Both the position numbers and the translations under genes were made by a program. From Myxococcota bacterium (lineage in GTDB: Bacteria; Myxococcota_A; SURF-8): a DNA stretch of 64,000 bases. Location: positions 4,256,001 through 4,320,000 of the forward strand of contig OZ223209.1 in the NCBI GenBank assembly GCA_965140415.1, written 5' to 3'. The notes below the pieces were generated by a model. That model had not been told where the DNA came from, made no database searches, and worked only from the letters and a program-made list of their open reading frames with translations. Position 1 is the first letter of the stretch; every line of letters starts with the position of its first letter. Positions 21,559 to 31,721 of this stretch are shown here, in pieces.

Positions 21559-24147
21559 ATGGGGAGTAAGCGCAAACCCAAGGGAATCAAACTGGGGAAG
21601 AAATCGCCGAACAAGGTCAAGCCGGGGAAGCTGCCATCCCCGGAAGAGTTGAAAAACGCCTTTACACAGGCGGTGCAGTTGCACCAGGCCGGGAAACTGG
21701 ATCAGGCCGAGCAGCAGTATAAAGCCTTGCAGGTCATGCTGCCCAATCATGACGGCTTGCTCACGCTGATGGGCATTCTGGCGTTGCAGAAGCAGAAACC
21801 GGCGCAGGCCGTGGAATATTTGCAACGCTCCCTGGAGCAGAACGCCGAGAACGCCAAAGCTTGCGATTCGCTGGGGGCGGCATATCTGATGCTGAATCAA
21901 CCGGAGCAGGCACTTTCCCATACCACACAGGCAACTCGGCTGCAACCCAACAATTCGGAGTATCGCTTTAATCTGGCGGTGATCTTGAAAAAGCTGGAAC
22001 GCACGGAAGAAGCCGTCAAGCAATACCAGAAAGCGATTCGACTGCAACCGAAGGCGGCGAATGCGCGCACCAATCTGGGAGCGATATACTGTGAACGCGC
22101 AGAATGGGACGAGGCCAAGGAGCAATTGAAAGCGGCTTTGGAGATTCGTGCGGATCTGATTCCCGCCCGCTTGAATCTGGCGCGAGCCTATTTCGCTACC
22201 GACGAGTTGGATTTGGCCAGTGAAGAATTCGAAAAGGTGCTGACAGCACAACCTGAAAATCCGGATGCCTTACTTGGGCTGGGTCGACTGGCGCATGGGC
22301 GCGGCGATCACGAACTGGCGCTGTCGTATTACAATCGGGTCGAACAACTCGCCCCCGAACATCCTCACGTTCACGGCGACCGGGCGCGAACCTTGCTCGA
22401 ATTGAATCGACTGGATGAGGCGTTGCAGGACAGCGAACGGGCGCTTGCACGAAGTCCCGAAACGGCGTTATTGCAATTGACGCATGGGGCCATCGAATTG
22501 CGCCTGGCGCATTACGGGCGCTCGTTGGAGCACGTGCAGAAAGCGCTAGAGTTGAATAACGGCCTGGCGCGGGCCTGGTGGCTGTCGGCTTTTGCGATGG
22601 TAAAACTGGGCCACTACGAAGAAGCACTGCCTGCATATAAACAGGCATTGAAACTGGATGAAGAGTCGGGGCCGCTGCATCAGGAGTTTGCCGAGTTCTT
22701 GATGCAGGACATCAATAAACACGAGCAGGCCGTTCAACATCTGGAGCGGGCCATGCAACTTGGTGTACCTAAGATGCTGGCGCTTCAAAGCAAGCTTGCC
22801 GAAGCACAGGCGTATCTGTGCGACTGGGATGCATTCGAGAATAGTTGCGACACACTGATTCCGGCGATGGAAGCCAAGCTCGATGCGGGTGAACCGTTAG
22901 GTGTGGCCCTATTGGTGGCGATGGGATTTCCCATCTCTGCGGGGTTATTGCATCGTCTGGCAAAGAGCGAGGCGAGAAGCATCGACAAGCGCCGCACCGC
23001 GCCGCGTTTCACTGCGGTGAAGCATTCGCATTCACGCCTGCGCATCGGGTATGTCTCTCCCGATTTCTCCTCGCATGCACTGGGTTTTCTGTTACAGGAT
23101 CTCTTCAGCCATCACGACCGGGAAAAATTCGAAATCAGCGCGTATTCACTGCGCAAGCGCTCCGACACGTTCCGGGCGACGATTGAAGGCAGCGTGGATC
23201 ACTTCATCGATCTTACCGAGTTGTCGGATCTGGATGCCGCCCGGCGCATTCATGCGGACGAAATCGATATTCTGATCGATCTGGCGGGCTACACCTCCGG
23301 CTGTCGTCCGGGCATCTTCAGCTATCATCCGGGGGCGATTCAATGCGCCATGCTCGGCTATCCGGGCACACTGGGATCGAGCGCGATGGAGTACGTCGTT
23401 ACGCATTCTCTTGCAGTACCAGAAGAATTACGCGAGCACTACAGCGAGAAGATCGTCGCGTTGCCCGAAACTTTGTTTGCCACAAAAGGCTTTACCATAC
23501 CGGAACAACCGCCCCGGCGCAGCGACTACGGTCTGCCGGATAGCGGCGTGGTGTTCTGCTGCTTCAACAATACCTATCGCATTACGCGCGAAGTCTTTTC
23601 GGTGTGGATGGAGATCCTGAAGCAAACACCGGAGAGCGTGCTGTGGCTGAACGTGCGCAACGAAGCCACGCGCAAACGCCTGCTTCTTGCAGCCAAAGAG
23701 CAAGGCGTCAAAAAGGACCGCCTCGTCTTTGCCAACTTCAAAAACATGAGCGACAACTGGCCACACCGCCTGGCGGATCTGTGGCTGGACACTTTCGTGC
23801 TCTCCGCAGGAACGGCGACATTCCTGGCCGCCTGGGCCGGGTTGCCGGTATTGACACTGGCCGGAAACACGCCGCAATCGCGTACCGGCGCTAGCCTGGT
23901 TTCGGCCTGCGGGCTGGACGATCTGGTGGTGGATAGCATCGAGGCGTATCGGCAGCGAGCCATCGAACTGGGAACGCAGCCGCAGGCACTGCATCAATAC
24001 AAAGCGCAGCTATTGGAGCGACGGGAGCAGTTGCCGCTGTTCGATCCGCTGCGATACATCAAGCACCTGGAAGCCGCATTCCGACAGATGAACGAGCAGT
24101 TTCTTTCCGGTGAACCTGTGACGGATATTGATGTGAAAGCGGTTTAA
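21559..24147 (+). CDS. TPR-repeat O-GlcNAc transferase-like glycosyltransferase (GT41/SPINDLY family)
   Basis: Many TPRs followed by LRIGYVSPDF..H, DILIDLAGYT, LGYPGT and ADLWLDT motifs. Confidence 0.9.
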   Translation: MGSKRKPKGIKLGKKSPNKVKPGKLPSPEELKNAFTQAVQLHQAGKLDQAEQQYKALQVMLPNHDGLLTLMGILALQKQKPAQAVEYLQRSLEQNAENAKACDSLGAAYLMLNQPEQALSHTTQATRLQPNNSEYRFNLAVILKKLERTEEAVKQYQKAIRLQPKAANARTNLGAIYCERAEWDEAKEQLKAALEIRADLIPARLNLARAYFATDELDLASEEFEKVLTAQPENPDALLGLGRLAHGRGDHELALSYYNRVEQLAPEHPHVHGDRARTLLELNRLDEALQDSERALARSPETALLQLTHGAIELRLAHYGRSLEHVQKALELNNGLARAWWLSAFAMVKLGHYEEALPAYKQALKLDEESGPLHQEFAEFLMQDINKHEQAVQHLERAMQLGVPKMLALQSKLAEAQAYLCDWDAFENSCDTLIPAMEAKLDAGEPLGVALLVAMGFPISAGLLHRLAKSEARSIDKRRTAPRFTAVKHSHSRLRIGYVSPDFSSHALGFLLQDLFSHHDREKFEISAYSLRKRSDTFRATIEGSVDHFIDLTELSDLDAARRIHADEIDILIDLAGYTSGCRPGIFSYHPGAIQCAMLGYPGTLGSSAMEYVVTHSLAVPEELREHYSEKIVALPETLFATKGFTIPEQPPRRSDYGLPDSGVVFCCFNNTYRITREVFSVWMEILKQTPESVLWLNVRNEATRKRLLLAAKEQGVKKDRLVFANFKNMSDNWPHRLADLWLDTFVLSAGTATFLAAWAGLPVLTLAGNTPQSRTGASLVSACGLDDLVVDSIEAYRQRAIELGTQPQALHQYKAQLLERREQLPLFDPLRYIKHLEAAFRQMNEQFLSGEPVTDIDVKAV

Positions 24148-24562
24148 ATCTCGTAGATGAAATAATGGGTTGACCATTATAAGGGTGGCACGTGGCCAAG
24201 CGAAGTGAAACGGAGCTTGCCCGTGTTCTTGTTTTGATACATGGGCAACCTGCGGTTAGCCCATGCCACCCGGTCGTGAAAGCGATTTAATTCTCGTAGA
24301 TGAAATGATGGGTTGACCATTGTAAGGGTGGTACGTGGCCAAGCGAAGTGAAACGGAGCTTGCCCGTGTTCTTGTTTTGATACATGGGCAACCTGCGGTT
24401 AGCCCATGCCACCCGGTCGTGAAAGCGATTTAAATCTCGTAGATGAAATAATGGGTTGACCATTATAAGGGTGGCATGTGGCCAAGCGGAGAGAAACGGA
24501 GCTTGCCCGTGTTCTTGTTTTGACACATGGGCAACCTGCGGTTAGCCCATGCCACCCGGTCG
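24133..24562. repeat. Three tandem 143-bp units, each containing nested palindromes (REP-like)
   Basis: Units start at 24133, 24276 and 24419; outer IR GGGTGGCA...TGCCACCC, inner IR TTGCCCGTGT...ACATGGGCAA. Confidence 0.92.
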
Positions 24563-24837
24563 ACCTATCCTGTTCCCAATTTTAATTCATTTGCATGATC
24601 ATATGATACCCCTATGATGCTGTTTGAAAAAACTCTGCATCTCATAAAAGAAAGGAGCGGCAGCCTCAGGAGGGTGAGACTGCCGCCAGGGGAAAGGGGA
24701 TGAGAAAAAAGGATGCTATCCACTTGGGGATCGAGTCCCCTATGCGACGACGGACCAGGGATTGGGGAGTAGGTGTGCTTGGTCGCAGTGCCGTCGCATT
24801 TCAAAAAACATATGTGTTTTCAAGGTTCAAAGTTACT

Positions 24838-26571
24838 TTAAAAGAGGTGCTCGAAACGATGTTCGTTGCCTCCTTCAGTAGATACAACCAATAGCTCCTC
24901 GCGCTTATTCCCGAAGTTGAACAAAAGATGCGAGGTTTCGCCGTTTTTGTCTTTCATTAAGTGTAACTGACTGGCATCACCCTTGAATTCGGCCTGCTCT
25001 TCCGTCAGATCGCCAGACAGTGACAAGGTATGATAAGTCTGCTCGTCCTCATCCGAATCGTAATCGCCCAGCAGATACAACGTTGCCGAGTGGTCATCGA
25101 CCACGTAATCTTCAAAGTATTCGGTAAGTTGCAGCACATTGGCGTTCAAGTCGGATTTCATCAGTTCGCCAAGATCCACCGTCGTCAAGTCGCGACCACC
25201 CAGATTCAGCGCGATCACCAAAGGCGAGTCGCCGTCTACAAAGGCGAAATCATTGGGAATAAAGCCCAGATCGGCCTGCTGCACGTTCTTTTCGCCGAAG
25301 ACATCCAAGTCGGCCAGCGTTACCAGCATCAGGCTGCTATCGCCGTATAGGGCAACGATTTCCGTGTCGTCGATTTCCATCGGTCGAATCAGGCTGGCTC
25401 CATCCGGCAGCGCCAGTGTTTGAATGTTAGCGCTGCTCAACTGCACGCTGGCTGCCAGATCATCTCCGGAAACTGCGAAAACATAGAGCTCGTCATGATC
25501 CAGGTACGGGTGCATGTCGGTTAGAACAAAGGGCAGACCCAACTTGTTGATGTTGTATTCCAGGGCTTCTTCCGTTTTATTCCAATGCATCGAAATGCTG
25601 ATCAGGTCGCGGCTACTGCTCAAGCGCACAAACAGCGTTTCCCGATCGTCTATGCCGTCTGTAGCGAAATCTTCCAGATTCGCCGAACTCGCCAGGCTCA
25701 CCGGGTTCAAGTTCTCGCTTTCATTGACGGATAAGGGAATGACATCCGCCTGGGCATCCGCGCCCGCTTCCGGATCGAGTAACCACATACGCGAAGAACC
25801 GAAGGCCACAAGCCGCTCGATCGTCGCCGCATCGGAATCGTTGCAGCTATCGCCGCTCTGACAGATCGCGAATGGACCGGTGAAATGGATGGAACGAATG
25901 GTCTGATCGTTTTTCTTCAGCGAAGCAAAGGCATGTTCGCCGCTTTCCCGATCCAATAGCAGAATCGCGTTGGGATTGGATACGACCGACTGCTGCGATT
26001 TGAAGCCATAGTAATGCGCGTTGATGTTGATGGTCGCGGTCGGCGAGCCATACTGCCAGGGCTTATAGGTGTTGGTATAGGCATAGTCCGAGCCGTAGTA
26101 TTCATTATAGTAATAGTCGTCGTAGTAGTAATCGCTCTGCCATTCGCCGGAACCTTGATAGGCGGCCATCCAGCGCCCGTCTGCGGAAAAGGCGAAGCTG
26201 TTGAATTCAAGGGGCAGTTGCGGAATGGTCCACTCGATGCGCCCGGTATCGTCGCTGAGGATGTAGTAGGTTTGTGTGTCTTCAGACACGAAAATAAGGT
26301 GGCTGTTGTCGATGAAACTCGCCACGAAACGCCAGCTCGGATTGTCTTCATCCGTTTCGGTCGACAACTCGAATCGAGCAACATTGTTCTTCTGCACATC
26401 GACAACCACGACTTTTCCACTTAGCTGATCCAGGTAAAAGGCGTGTTGATCAAGCACGATTGGACCAACCCAGTCGCTGTCCGAACTCGGGCAGGCGGTG
26501 AGCAATGGAATCAAGGCTGCAAGCGTCAGTATCATCAAAATGCGGGAAATCCAGGTTTTCCGGCTTGTCAT
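24838..26571 (-). CDS. Lipoprotein, probable beta-propeller
   Basis: Lipobox LLTAC; FSADGRW repeat-like motif; acidic; co-oriented with the upstream lipoprotein gene. Confidence 0.6.
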   Translation of the reverse strand: MTSRKTWISRILMILTLAALIPLLTACPSSDSDWVGPIVLDQHAFYLDQLSGKVVVVDVQKNNVARFELSTETDEDNPSWRFVASFIDNSHLIFVSEDTQTYYILSDDTGRIEWTIPQLPLEFNSFAFSADGRWMAAYQGSGEWQSDYYYDDYYYNEYYGSDYAYTNTYKPWQYGSPTATININAHYYGFKSQQSVVSNPNAILLLDRESGEHAFASLKKNDQTIRSIHFTGPFAICQSGDSCNDSDAATIERLVAFGSSRMWLLDPEAGADAQADVIPLSVNESENLNPVSLASSANLEDFATDGIDDRETLFVRLSSSRDLISISMHWNKTEEALEYNINKLGLPFVLTDMHPYLDHDELYVFAVSGDDLAASVQLSSANIQTLALPDGASLIRPMEIDDTEIVALYGDSSLMLVTLADLDVFGEKNVQQADLGFIPNDFAFVDGDSPLVIALNLGGRDLTTVDLGELMKSDLNANVLQLTEYFEDYVVDDHSATLYLLGDYDSDEDEQTYHTLSLSGDLTEEQAEFKGDASQLHLMKDKNGETSHLLFNFGNKREELLVVSTEGGNEHRFEHLF

Positions 26572-26583
26572 TATTGGCTCCTT

Positions 26584-28239
26584 CTAGTCGATCCGACCGT
26601 TAAGTTCAAACCCGGTGATGGTGCTGGGGCTGTCATCGTCTGCGCTTAAAAACGTGATGCGTCCATCCGGGTGATCTTGAGACACGTACACCATACCCGT
26701 AGCAGGAATCACACCCAAGCCGGTTGGCGTGGAGCCGAGCGACAACTCGCTGATTAGCGTTCCGCTGGGAGGAGTCAGATCCAGAATATTGATTTTACGC
26801 ACCTGTGCTTCATCGGTGACCAGCACGTAGCCCTTCTTCCCGTCAGGGGTGAAGGTAAAAGCCCCCGGATCGGCTTCGGTAAGTTGCAGTACCTGCACCA
26901 GGCTGCTTAAATGCAGCACCGTGTAGCCGTAGGATTGATCGATCAGTTCGTAATAATCGTTGCTGCCGCTACCCGCCTTTTTGGTATGGAAAATCAGCGC
27001 GACCTGCTCTCCGTCCGTCTGACGGGTGGCGAAAGTCACCGAGGCCACGCCTTTTTGTAGAATATGCTTGGTAAAGACGTTTCCAGTCATATCGTAGCTG
27101 TAAATCTCTTCTTTTTCCGTGCCGGTGCTGTAAAGCAGCAGGGTTTCGCCATCAGCGGAAACGCTTAGCAGACCGCTGTGCTCGGGCAGATCCAACCAGG
27201 TGATGCTGGTTTCATCTGCAAATCCGCCCGGAATGGGAATGCGTGCGACCTGACCTTCCGAACGCAAGGTCACCAAGGCTTCGGAGCCATCGGGCAGTAA
27301 ATCCAGATCGGTGGGGGCACTGGGAAGCGTGAGCACCTGCCGCTCGTGCGTTGCCAGATTGACGGCGGTCAGCGTCGCCTGATCGAAGCGACGTACCAAG
27401 GCGTAGGCGCCATCCGCCGTGATTTTCACCTCGCGGTCCACCGGATCGCCCTGCACGTCTTCAAGCTGGATATTGGGTGTGACGGCGACTTCGGCGCTAT
27501 CGGAGAAATCCAGCATCGTGATACCGGCATCGGTCACGACGTAAGCCCGTTGGCCGTCCGGGCTCCAATGCACCATGACCGGGTTCAAGCCTACCGTAAA
27601 ATGAGAAATGGGGTCGTCCAGTTCGCTCAGATTCTCCGCATCGCTCAAGTCCACTACGCCGATATCCTGCAAACTGCCCAGGCCGTCCACGCTTAAATTC
27701 GCCGTAGTGCTGTTGAAGTAGACGATGGCCCGGTTGCCGCTTGGGGCGGGTGAAATGCTGTTGTAGCCGGTCTGGTGGCGACGATCCAAGGGCCAACTGA
27801 CGGCTTCGGCGGCGTTTTGCGTAACCAGCGCCAGCTTATCGGTGCCTTTGTCGATGACCAGGGCGACATCCTGCCCCGGCAGCGTGGCGACGACCGCAGG
27901 CTGCTGGCCGACCTGAATCGAGCGAATGGCGCGGGTTTCACCGTGAATCATCACCAGCGTACCCGCTTCCCGGTTCAGGATGTAAAGGTAATCCTTGCCG
28001 ATCACCGGCAGGCTCATGGTCTCTTCGTCTTCCATTTCGGGAGAGTTCGGGTCGATGTAGTCCCCGTCGGTAGCGTCGCCATCGACCCAATACGCATCAC
28101 CATCCGTCATCATATCGTTGGAGGCACTGTCGGATTCGCCCGCCATGCCGCTACAGGCTGTCACTAACAGCAGGCTCAGTCCCAATAGGAACAGAGCGGC
28201 TTGATTGGCCCGCAATGGTTGAATTTTCCATACCCTCAT
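26584..28239 (-). CDS. YncE/YVTN-like beta-propeller lipoprotein
   Basis: Lipobox LVTAC; VGxxP and SPDG/TPDG repeats; DGD linker. Confidence 0.7.
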   Translation of the reverse strand: MRVWKIQPLRANQAALFLLGLSLLLVTACSGMAGESDSASNDMMTDGDAYWVDGDATDGDYIDPNSPEMEDEETMSLPVIGKDYLYILNREAGTLVMIHGETRAIRSIQVGQQPAVVATLPGQDVALVIDKGTDKLALVTQNAAEAVSWPLDRRHQTGYNSISPAPSGNRAIVYFNSTTANLSVDGLGSLQDIGVVDLSDAENLSELDDPISHFTVGLNPVMVHWSPDGQRAYVVTDAGITMLDFSDSAEVAVTPNIQLEDVQGDPVDREVKITADGAYALVRRFDQATLTAVNLATHERQVLTLPSAPTDLDLLPDGSEALVTLRSEGQVARIPIPGGFADETSITWLDLPEHSGLLSVSADGETLLLYSTGTEKEEIYSYDMTGNVFTKHILQKGVASVTFATRQTDGEQVALIFHTKKAGSGSNDYYELIDQSYGYTVLHLSSLVQVLQLTEADPGAFTFTPDGKKGYVLVTDEAQVRKINILDLTPPSGTLISELSLGSTPTGLGVIPATGMVYVSQDHPDGRITFLSADDDSPSTITGFELNGRID

Positions 28240-28455
28240 CGTTTGTCTCCTGTTCGTAATCATACGATTGCCCCCCAATCTAGCAAAACTTGGGCCAGAC
28301 TGCATTTTATTCTGATAACGCCAATTATATCATACAGATGCGCATGATGCGAAGTGGAATACTACAGACAGAGAAAGGAGACTGTCAGCCTGGATTGTCA
28401 TACTTGCCACAGAGGGTATGACAACATTGTCCGAATTGGAGGTAAAAACGGGAAA

Positions 28456-28749
28456 TCAGGCGAGAATATCCAGTAGCGCTTCGGTCTGTTCGTCTTCCTG
28501 CTTGATCACGGCCAGATTGGCATTAAAGCCGTGCTCCACTTCGATCAGGTTGACGACTTCGCGCGAAAGGTCTACGCGATCCACACTTTGTTGGGTGGCT
28601 CGCACACCGCCATCGGGTAATTCGCTCATGCTGACTTGCTGGGAGGAAGCGTCGGGGTTGTTTAGATTGGCCAGATTGTGCGCGGTCGCGCGTAGTTTCT
28701 GTCCGAAAGCCTGCAATGCACTGGATGCAATCCCTTGAATGCGTGACAT
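28456..28749 (-). CDS. Small flagellar basal-body rod-like protein (N- and C-terminal rod motifs only)
   Basis: TAHNLANLN and VDLSREVVNLI...FNANLAVIK...LLDILA motifs. Confidence 0.75.
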   Translation of the reverse strand: MSRIQGIASSALQAFGQKLRATAHNLANLNNPDASSQQVSMSELPDGGVRATQQSVDRVDLSREVVNLIEVEHGFNANLAVIKQEDEQTEALLDILA

Positions 28750-28947
28750 GGACTTTCGCCTCTATTTGCTTGTGGCGGCCACACCGTCACCCTACCTCCT
28801 TCAGTATGCCAGATTGCCGAAGGACATGCAAGGGCGAGTGCAGGGGGAAGGGATCAGTCAACTAACCTATGTCATCGCAATTTTCCCAGGATCATTGTAA
28901 TTTAACACTCTATCTTCAAAGACATTGCGGATAGGGTTGCTCTTGTG

Positions 28948-28974
28948 GTATTACGATATACAGTTACGTGCTAC
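28948..28974 (+). promoter_or_regulatory. NikR-like 7-13-7 operator GTATTAC-N13-GTGCTAC
   Basis: Upstream of the FmdE-like gene; a matching site lies at 36026-36052. Confidence 0.55.
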
Positions 28975-29027
28975 TACGTCGGGCCGATGGCAATGATATC
29001 AGAATTGGAAACACAGGAGAAATCAAC

Positions 29028-29636
29028 ATGAATCACAGCTTTTCGAAGAACGAAGACTGGACACGTTGCATCACGTTCCACGGTCATGAGTGTCCGGGGC
29101 TGGCCATCGGTTTCAAGGCGGCGCAGGCAGGTCTGGCATGGATCGAATCCACCCATGCCGAGGATGAAGAAGTTGTAACGATTGTCGAGAACGACGCCTG
29201 CGGCGTGGACGCCGTACAGGTTTTGACCGGTTGCACATTTGGTAAAGGTAACTTGGTCCACAAGGATTACGGTAAGCAGGCCTTCACCTTTTTCAATCGG
29301 GACACGGGCCGGGCCGTTCGCTATTCTCTAAAGTCCGGCGTCATTCCGCAGGATGCCCGCTATCGCGAATTGATGATGAAAAAACGCGACGGTAACGCCA
29401 CGCCGGAAGAAGCAGAGGAGATGGGCCAGCGACGAAATGCGCTCATGCAGGCCATACTGGAAAAACCGCTGGTGGAACTGTTTGTGGAATCCGGTCCTCA
29501 AGTGGAATTGCCGGAGAAGGCGCGCGTGCAACGCTCGGAACTCTGCGCCGACTGTGGCGAGCCGACCATGCCGTTAAAGATGATTGAACGGAACGGAAAA
29601 ATGCTCTGCCGGGGCTGTGCGGGAGAAAATGGATGA
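29028..29636 (+). CDS. FmdE-family protein (formylmethanofuran dehydrogenase subunit E-like)
   Basis: FHGHECPGLAIG, CGVDAVQVLTGCTFGKGNL and C-terminal CxxC...CxxC. Confidence 0.88.
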   Translation: MNHSFSKNEDWTRCITFHGHECPGLAIGFKAAQAGLAWIESTHAEDEEVVTIVENDACGVDAVQVLTGCTFGKGNLVHKDYGKQAFTFFNRDTGRAVRYSLKSGVIPQDARYRELMMKKRDGNATPEEAEEMGQRRNALMQAILEKPLVELFVESGPQVELPEKARVQRSELCADCGEPTMPLKMIERNGKMLCRGCAGENG

Positions 29637-30232
29637 TTGTTCCCCTCGATCTATATGTGCTGGTGCAGAAGCTTGGGCGCTGCACGCCGTCACTGGTATT
29701 GGGCTGGCGAGTGGGTCATTACCTGCGGGAGATGTTCGAGGGCTTGGCCGAGTTGCGCCTGGCGGTCTGTGCGCGAGGAGACTTCTTAGAGGGGCTGCGT
29801 TTGACCCGCACGGAAAACGCCTTTCCGCTGGATCTCGTCGAAACCGACGAAAACGAAGGCTGGCATGCCTGCGCCTGGCACCCCGGAACCGGCACGTTGA
29901 TAGAATTCACTTTCAGCGCCGAGCATGTGGCGATGGACGTCAAAGGGGCAGAATCCAGACAGGACGCCGAACGGCACAATTTCTATGGACTGGCAGCCTA
30001 CGGGTCAGCTTTGGATCGTCAAATCGCCCGCTTGATGGAAGAACCTCTGGAATCGCTATGTAAAATCCGCGAACGCCTGGTAATGAAAAGCCGCTCGGTA
30101 GCGGATGCGTCTCCGGTACGTTGTAGAAGTTGCGGCAAGCTGACTGCCGTTGAAAACCTGTGGCACGCCGATGGAATTCCGGCCTGTTCCACATGCGCCG
30201 GGGTGCATCCGAAATGGATTGAATTGAATTGA
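29633..30232 (+). CDS. Divergent FmdE-like paralog with C-terminal zinc finger
   Basis: LGRCTPSLVLG resembles HGHxCPGLAIG; CRSC...CSTC; ATGA overlap with the previous gene. Confidence 0.55.
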   Translation: MIVPLDLYVLVQKLGRCTPSLVLGWRVGHYLREMFEGLAELRLAVCARGDFLEGLRLTRTENAFPLDLVETDENEGWHACAWHPGTGTLIEFTFSAEHVAMDVKGAESRQDAERHNFYGLAAYGSALDRQIARLMEEPLESLCKIRERLVMKSRSVADASPVRCRSCGKLTAVENLWHADGIPACSTCAGVHPKWIELN

Positions 30233-30273
30233 AAAAAGCAAGCTGACCGGTTACTGCGGCTATTGCATGTTAG

Positions 30274-30960
30274 TCAACTCCAGCTTTGCAGGACATCCTC
30301 GAAAGACTTCTGCTGAATCCCCCCCGCACCGCCTTCGATATGCAAGGCTTTGCCGCATACGAGACGCGCGAAATCGATATCGTGAGTGGCGATCAGCATC
30401 GACGCCTCTAGCTTCTGCAACAGCTCGGCCAGCTTTCGTTTGCCAGGCGGGTCCAGCCCGGCAGTCGGTTCGTCCAGCAGCAACAGTTCCGGCTTCGTTA
30501 CCAAGATACCGGCCAGCGCCACTCGCAGTTTCTGCCCGTGGGAAAGCTCGTAAACCGGTCGCTCGGCCAGTTGCTCGATCCCCATGCCCGCAAGGGATGC
30601 ACGGGCGCGCTCCAACGCCTCGGACTTTGGAACTTTACGTTGCCTGAGTGAAAAGGCGACGTCATCGATTACGCGAGGAAATAAAAGCTGGTCTTCCGGA
30701 ACGTTGAACAGGAAACCGACTTTGCCCCGAACCTGTGCCAGCGAATTCGATGCGACCTGTAGTCCGTCTACCGTGATTTCGCCTTTGTAGGCGAGCAGCC
30801 CTACAATCGATTTCAATAATGTGGTTTTGCCCGAACCGTTCAAACCCAAAAGCGCCACCTTTTCACCCGCTTCAATGCCGAAGCTCAGATTTTCGATGAC
30901 CGCTCGCTCCGCTCCGGGGTAGGCGATGCTTACTTGCCTGCATTCCAATCTCATGCTCAA
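30274..30960 (-). CDS. ECF transporter ATPase (CbiO/NikO-like)
   Basis: GLNGSGKTT, LSHGQ, LLLDEPTAGLD and ATHD motifs. Confidence 0.9.
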   Translation of the reverse strand: MSMRLECRQVSIAYPGAERAVIENLSFGIEAGEKVALLGLNGSGKTTLLKSIVGLLAYKGEITVDGLQVASNSLAQVRGKVGFLFNVPEDQLLFPRVIDDVAFSLRQRKVPKSEALERARASLAGMGIEQLAERPVYELSHGQKLRVALAGILVTKPELLLLDEPTAGLDPPGKRKLAELLQKLEASMLIATHDIDFARLVCGKALHIEGGAGGIQQKSFEDVLQSWS

Positions 30961-31718
30961 CTCCCTGCGACTCGTACGAGGATGGCGACCAGAAAAGCGC
31001 CTATCCCGAATGTGATGGCCAGGGGCTGTGCAGGATGAGCCGCCCTGTCCCGGGTAATGTCCGTGTTCAGTTCGTAATCGCGTATTTCCATTGCATCTCC
31101 AACACGCTCGGCTCGGTACAGCACGCGCGGCAGCCAGACTCTCGGCAGCGCAGTAGCCAGCACAATCACCGAGCGCCAGCCCATCGACGCGCCACGCACT
31201 CGAATAGCCTGAGAAATGGCGCGCGTTTCCTCGGCCAGAGCATGGGCTTGATGGACGATTTGCAGCAGCAGTTCCGCCAGCGGTTTTGGAATTCGCAAGC
31301 GGACCAAAGCAATTTCAAACTCGTGAAGCCCAAGCGTGGAAGCCGTCCAGGCGCTGATCAATAATGCTGCGATTCCCTTGATTCCGATACGCCAGGCGAC
31401 GGCCCAGGGCATGGGTATCAACAGATCGACGCCTGCTGCGGTTGGCGTTTGCACCCACGGCGTCAATAAGAAGAAAGGACCGAACAAGGTAAAGGCAAAA
31501 AGCAGCAGCGGACCGATTAGCAGACTCGGAGGTTTGACGGAAACAAACCATATCGACGTAATTGCCAGAATGAACACAAAACCGGTTGCCGTTGCGGGAT
31601 CGCTGGCCAGAACCGAAGCGAACAAAAGCCCTCCGGTCAACAGGCGCGTAGCGGGACCGAGAACCTTGACAGGCCCTGCGGCGCTTCCCCACACCTCGAC
31701 GAAACGGTTACAGCTCAT
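30957..31718 (-). CDS. ECF transporter T component (CbiQ/NikQ-like)
   Basis: TM helices; AIRVRG and RAERVGDAMEIR coupling motifs. Confidence 0.8.
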   Translation of the reverse strand: MSCNRFVEVWGSAAGPVKVLGPATRLLTGGLLFASVLASDPATATGFVFILAITSIWFVSVKPPSLLIGPLLLFAFTLFGPFFLLTPWVQTPTAAGVDLLIPMPWAVAWRIGIKGIAALLISAWTASTLGLHEFEIALVRLRIPKPLAELLLQIVHQAHALAEETRAISQAIRVRGASMGWRSVIVLATALPRVWLPRVLYRAERVGDAMEIRDYELNTDITRDRAAHPAQPLAITFGIGAFLVAILVRVAGS

Positions 31719-31721
31719 CGG

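Noticed and set aside
24133-24562. CRISPR array
   Set aside because: Whole 143-bp units are repeated with no unique spacers, and there are no cas genes.
28456-28749. Flagellar gene cluster
   Set aside because: A single short rod-motif protein with no other flagellar genes nearby.
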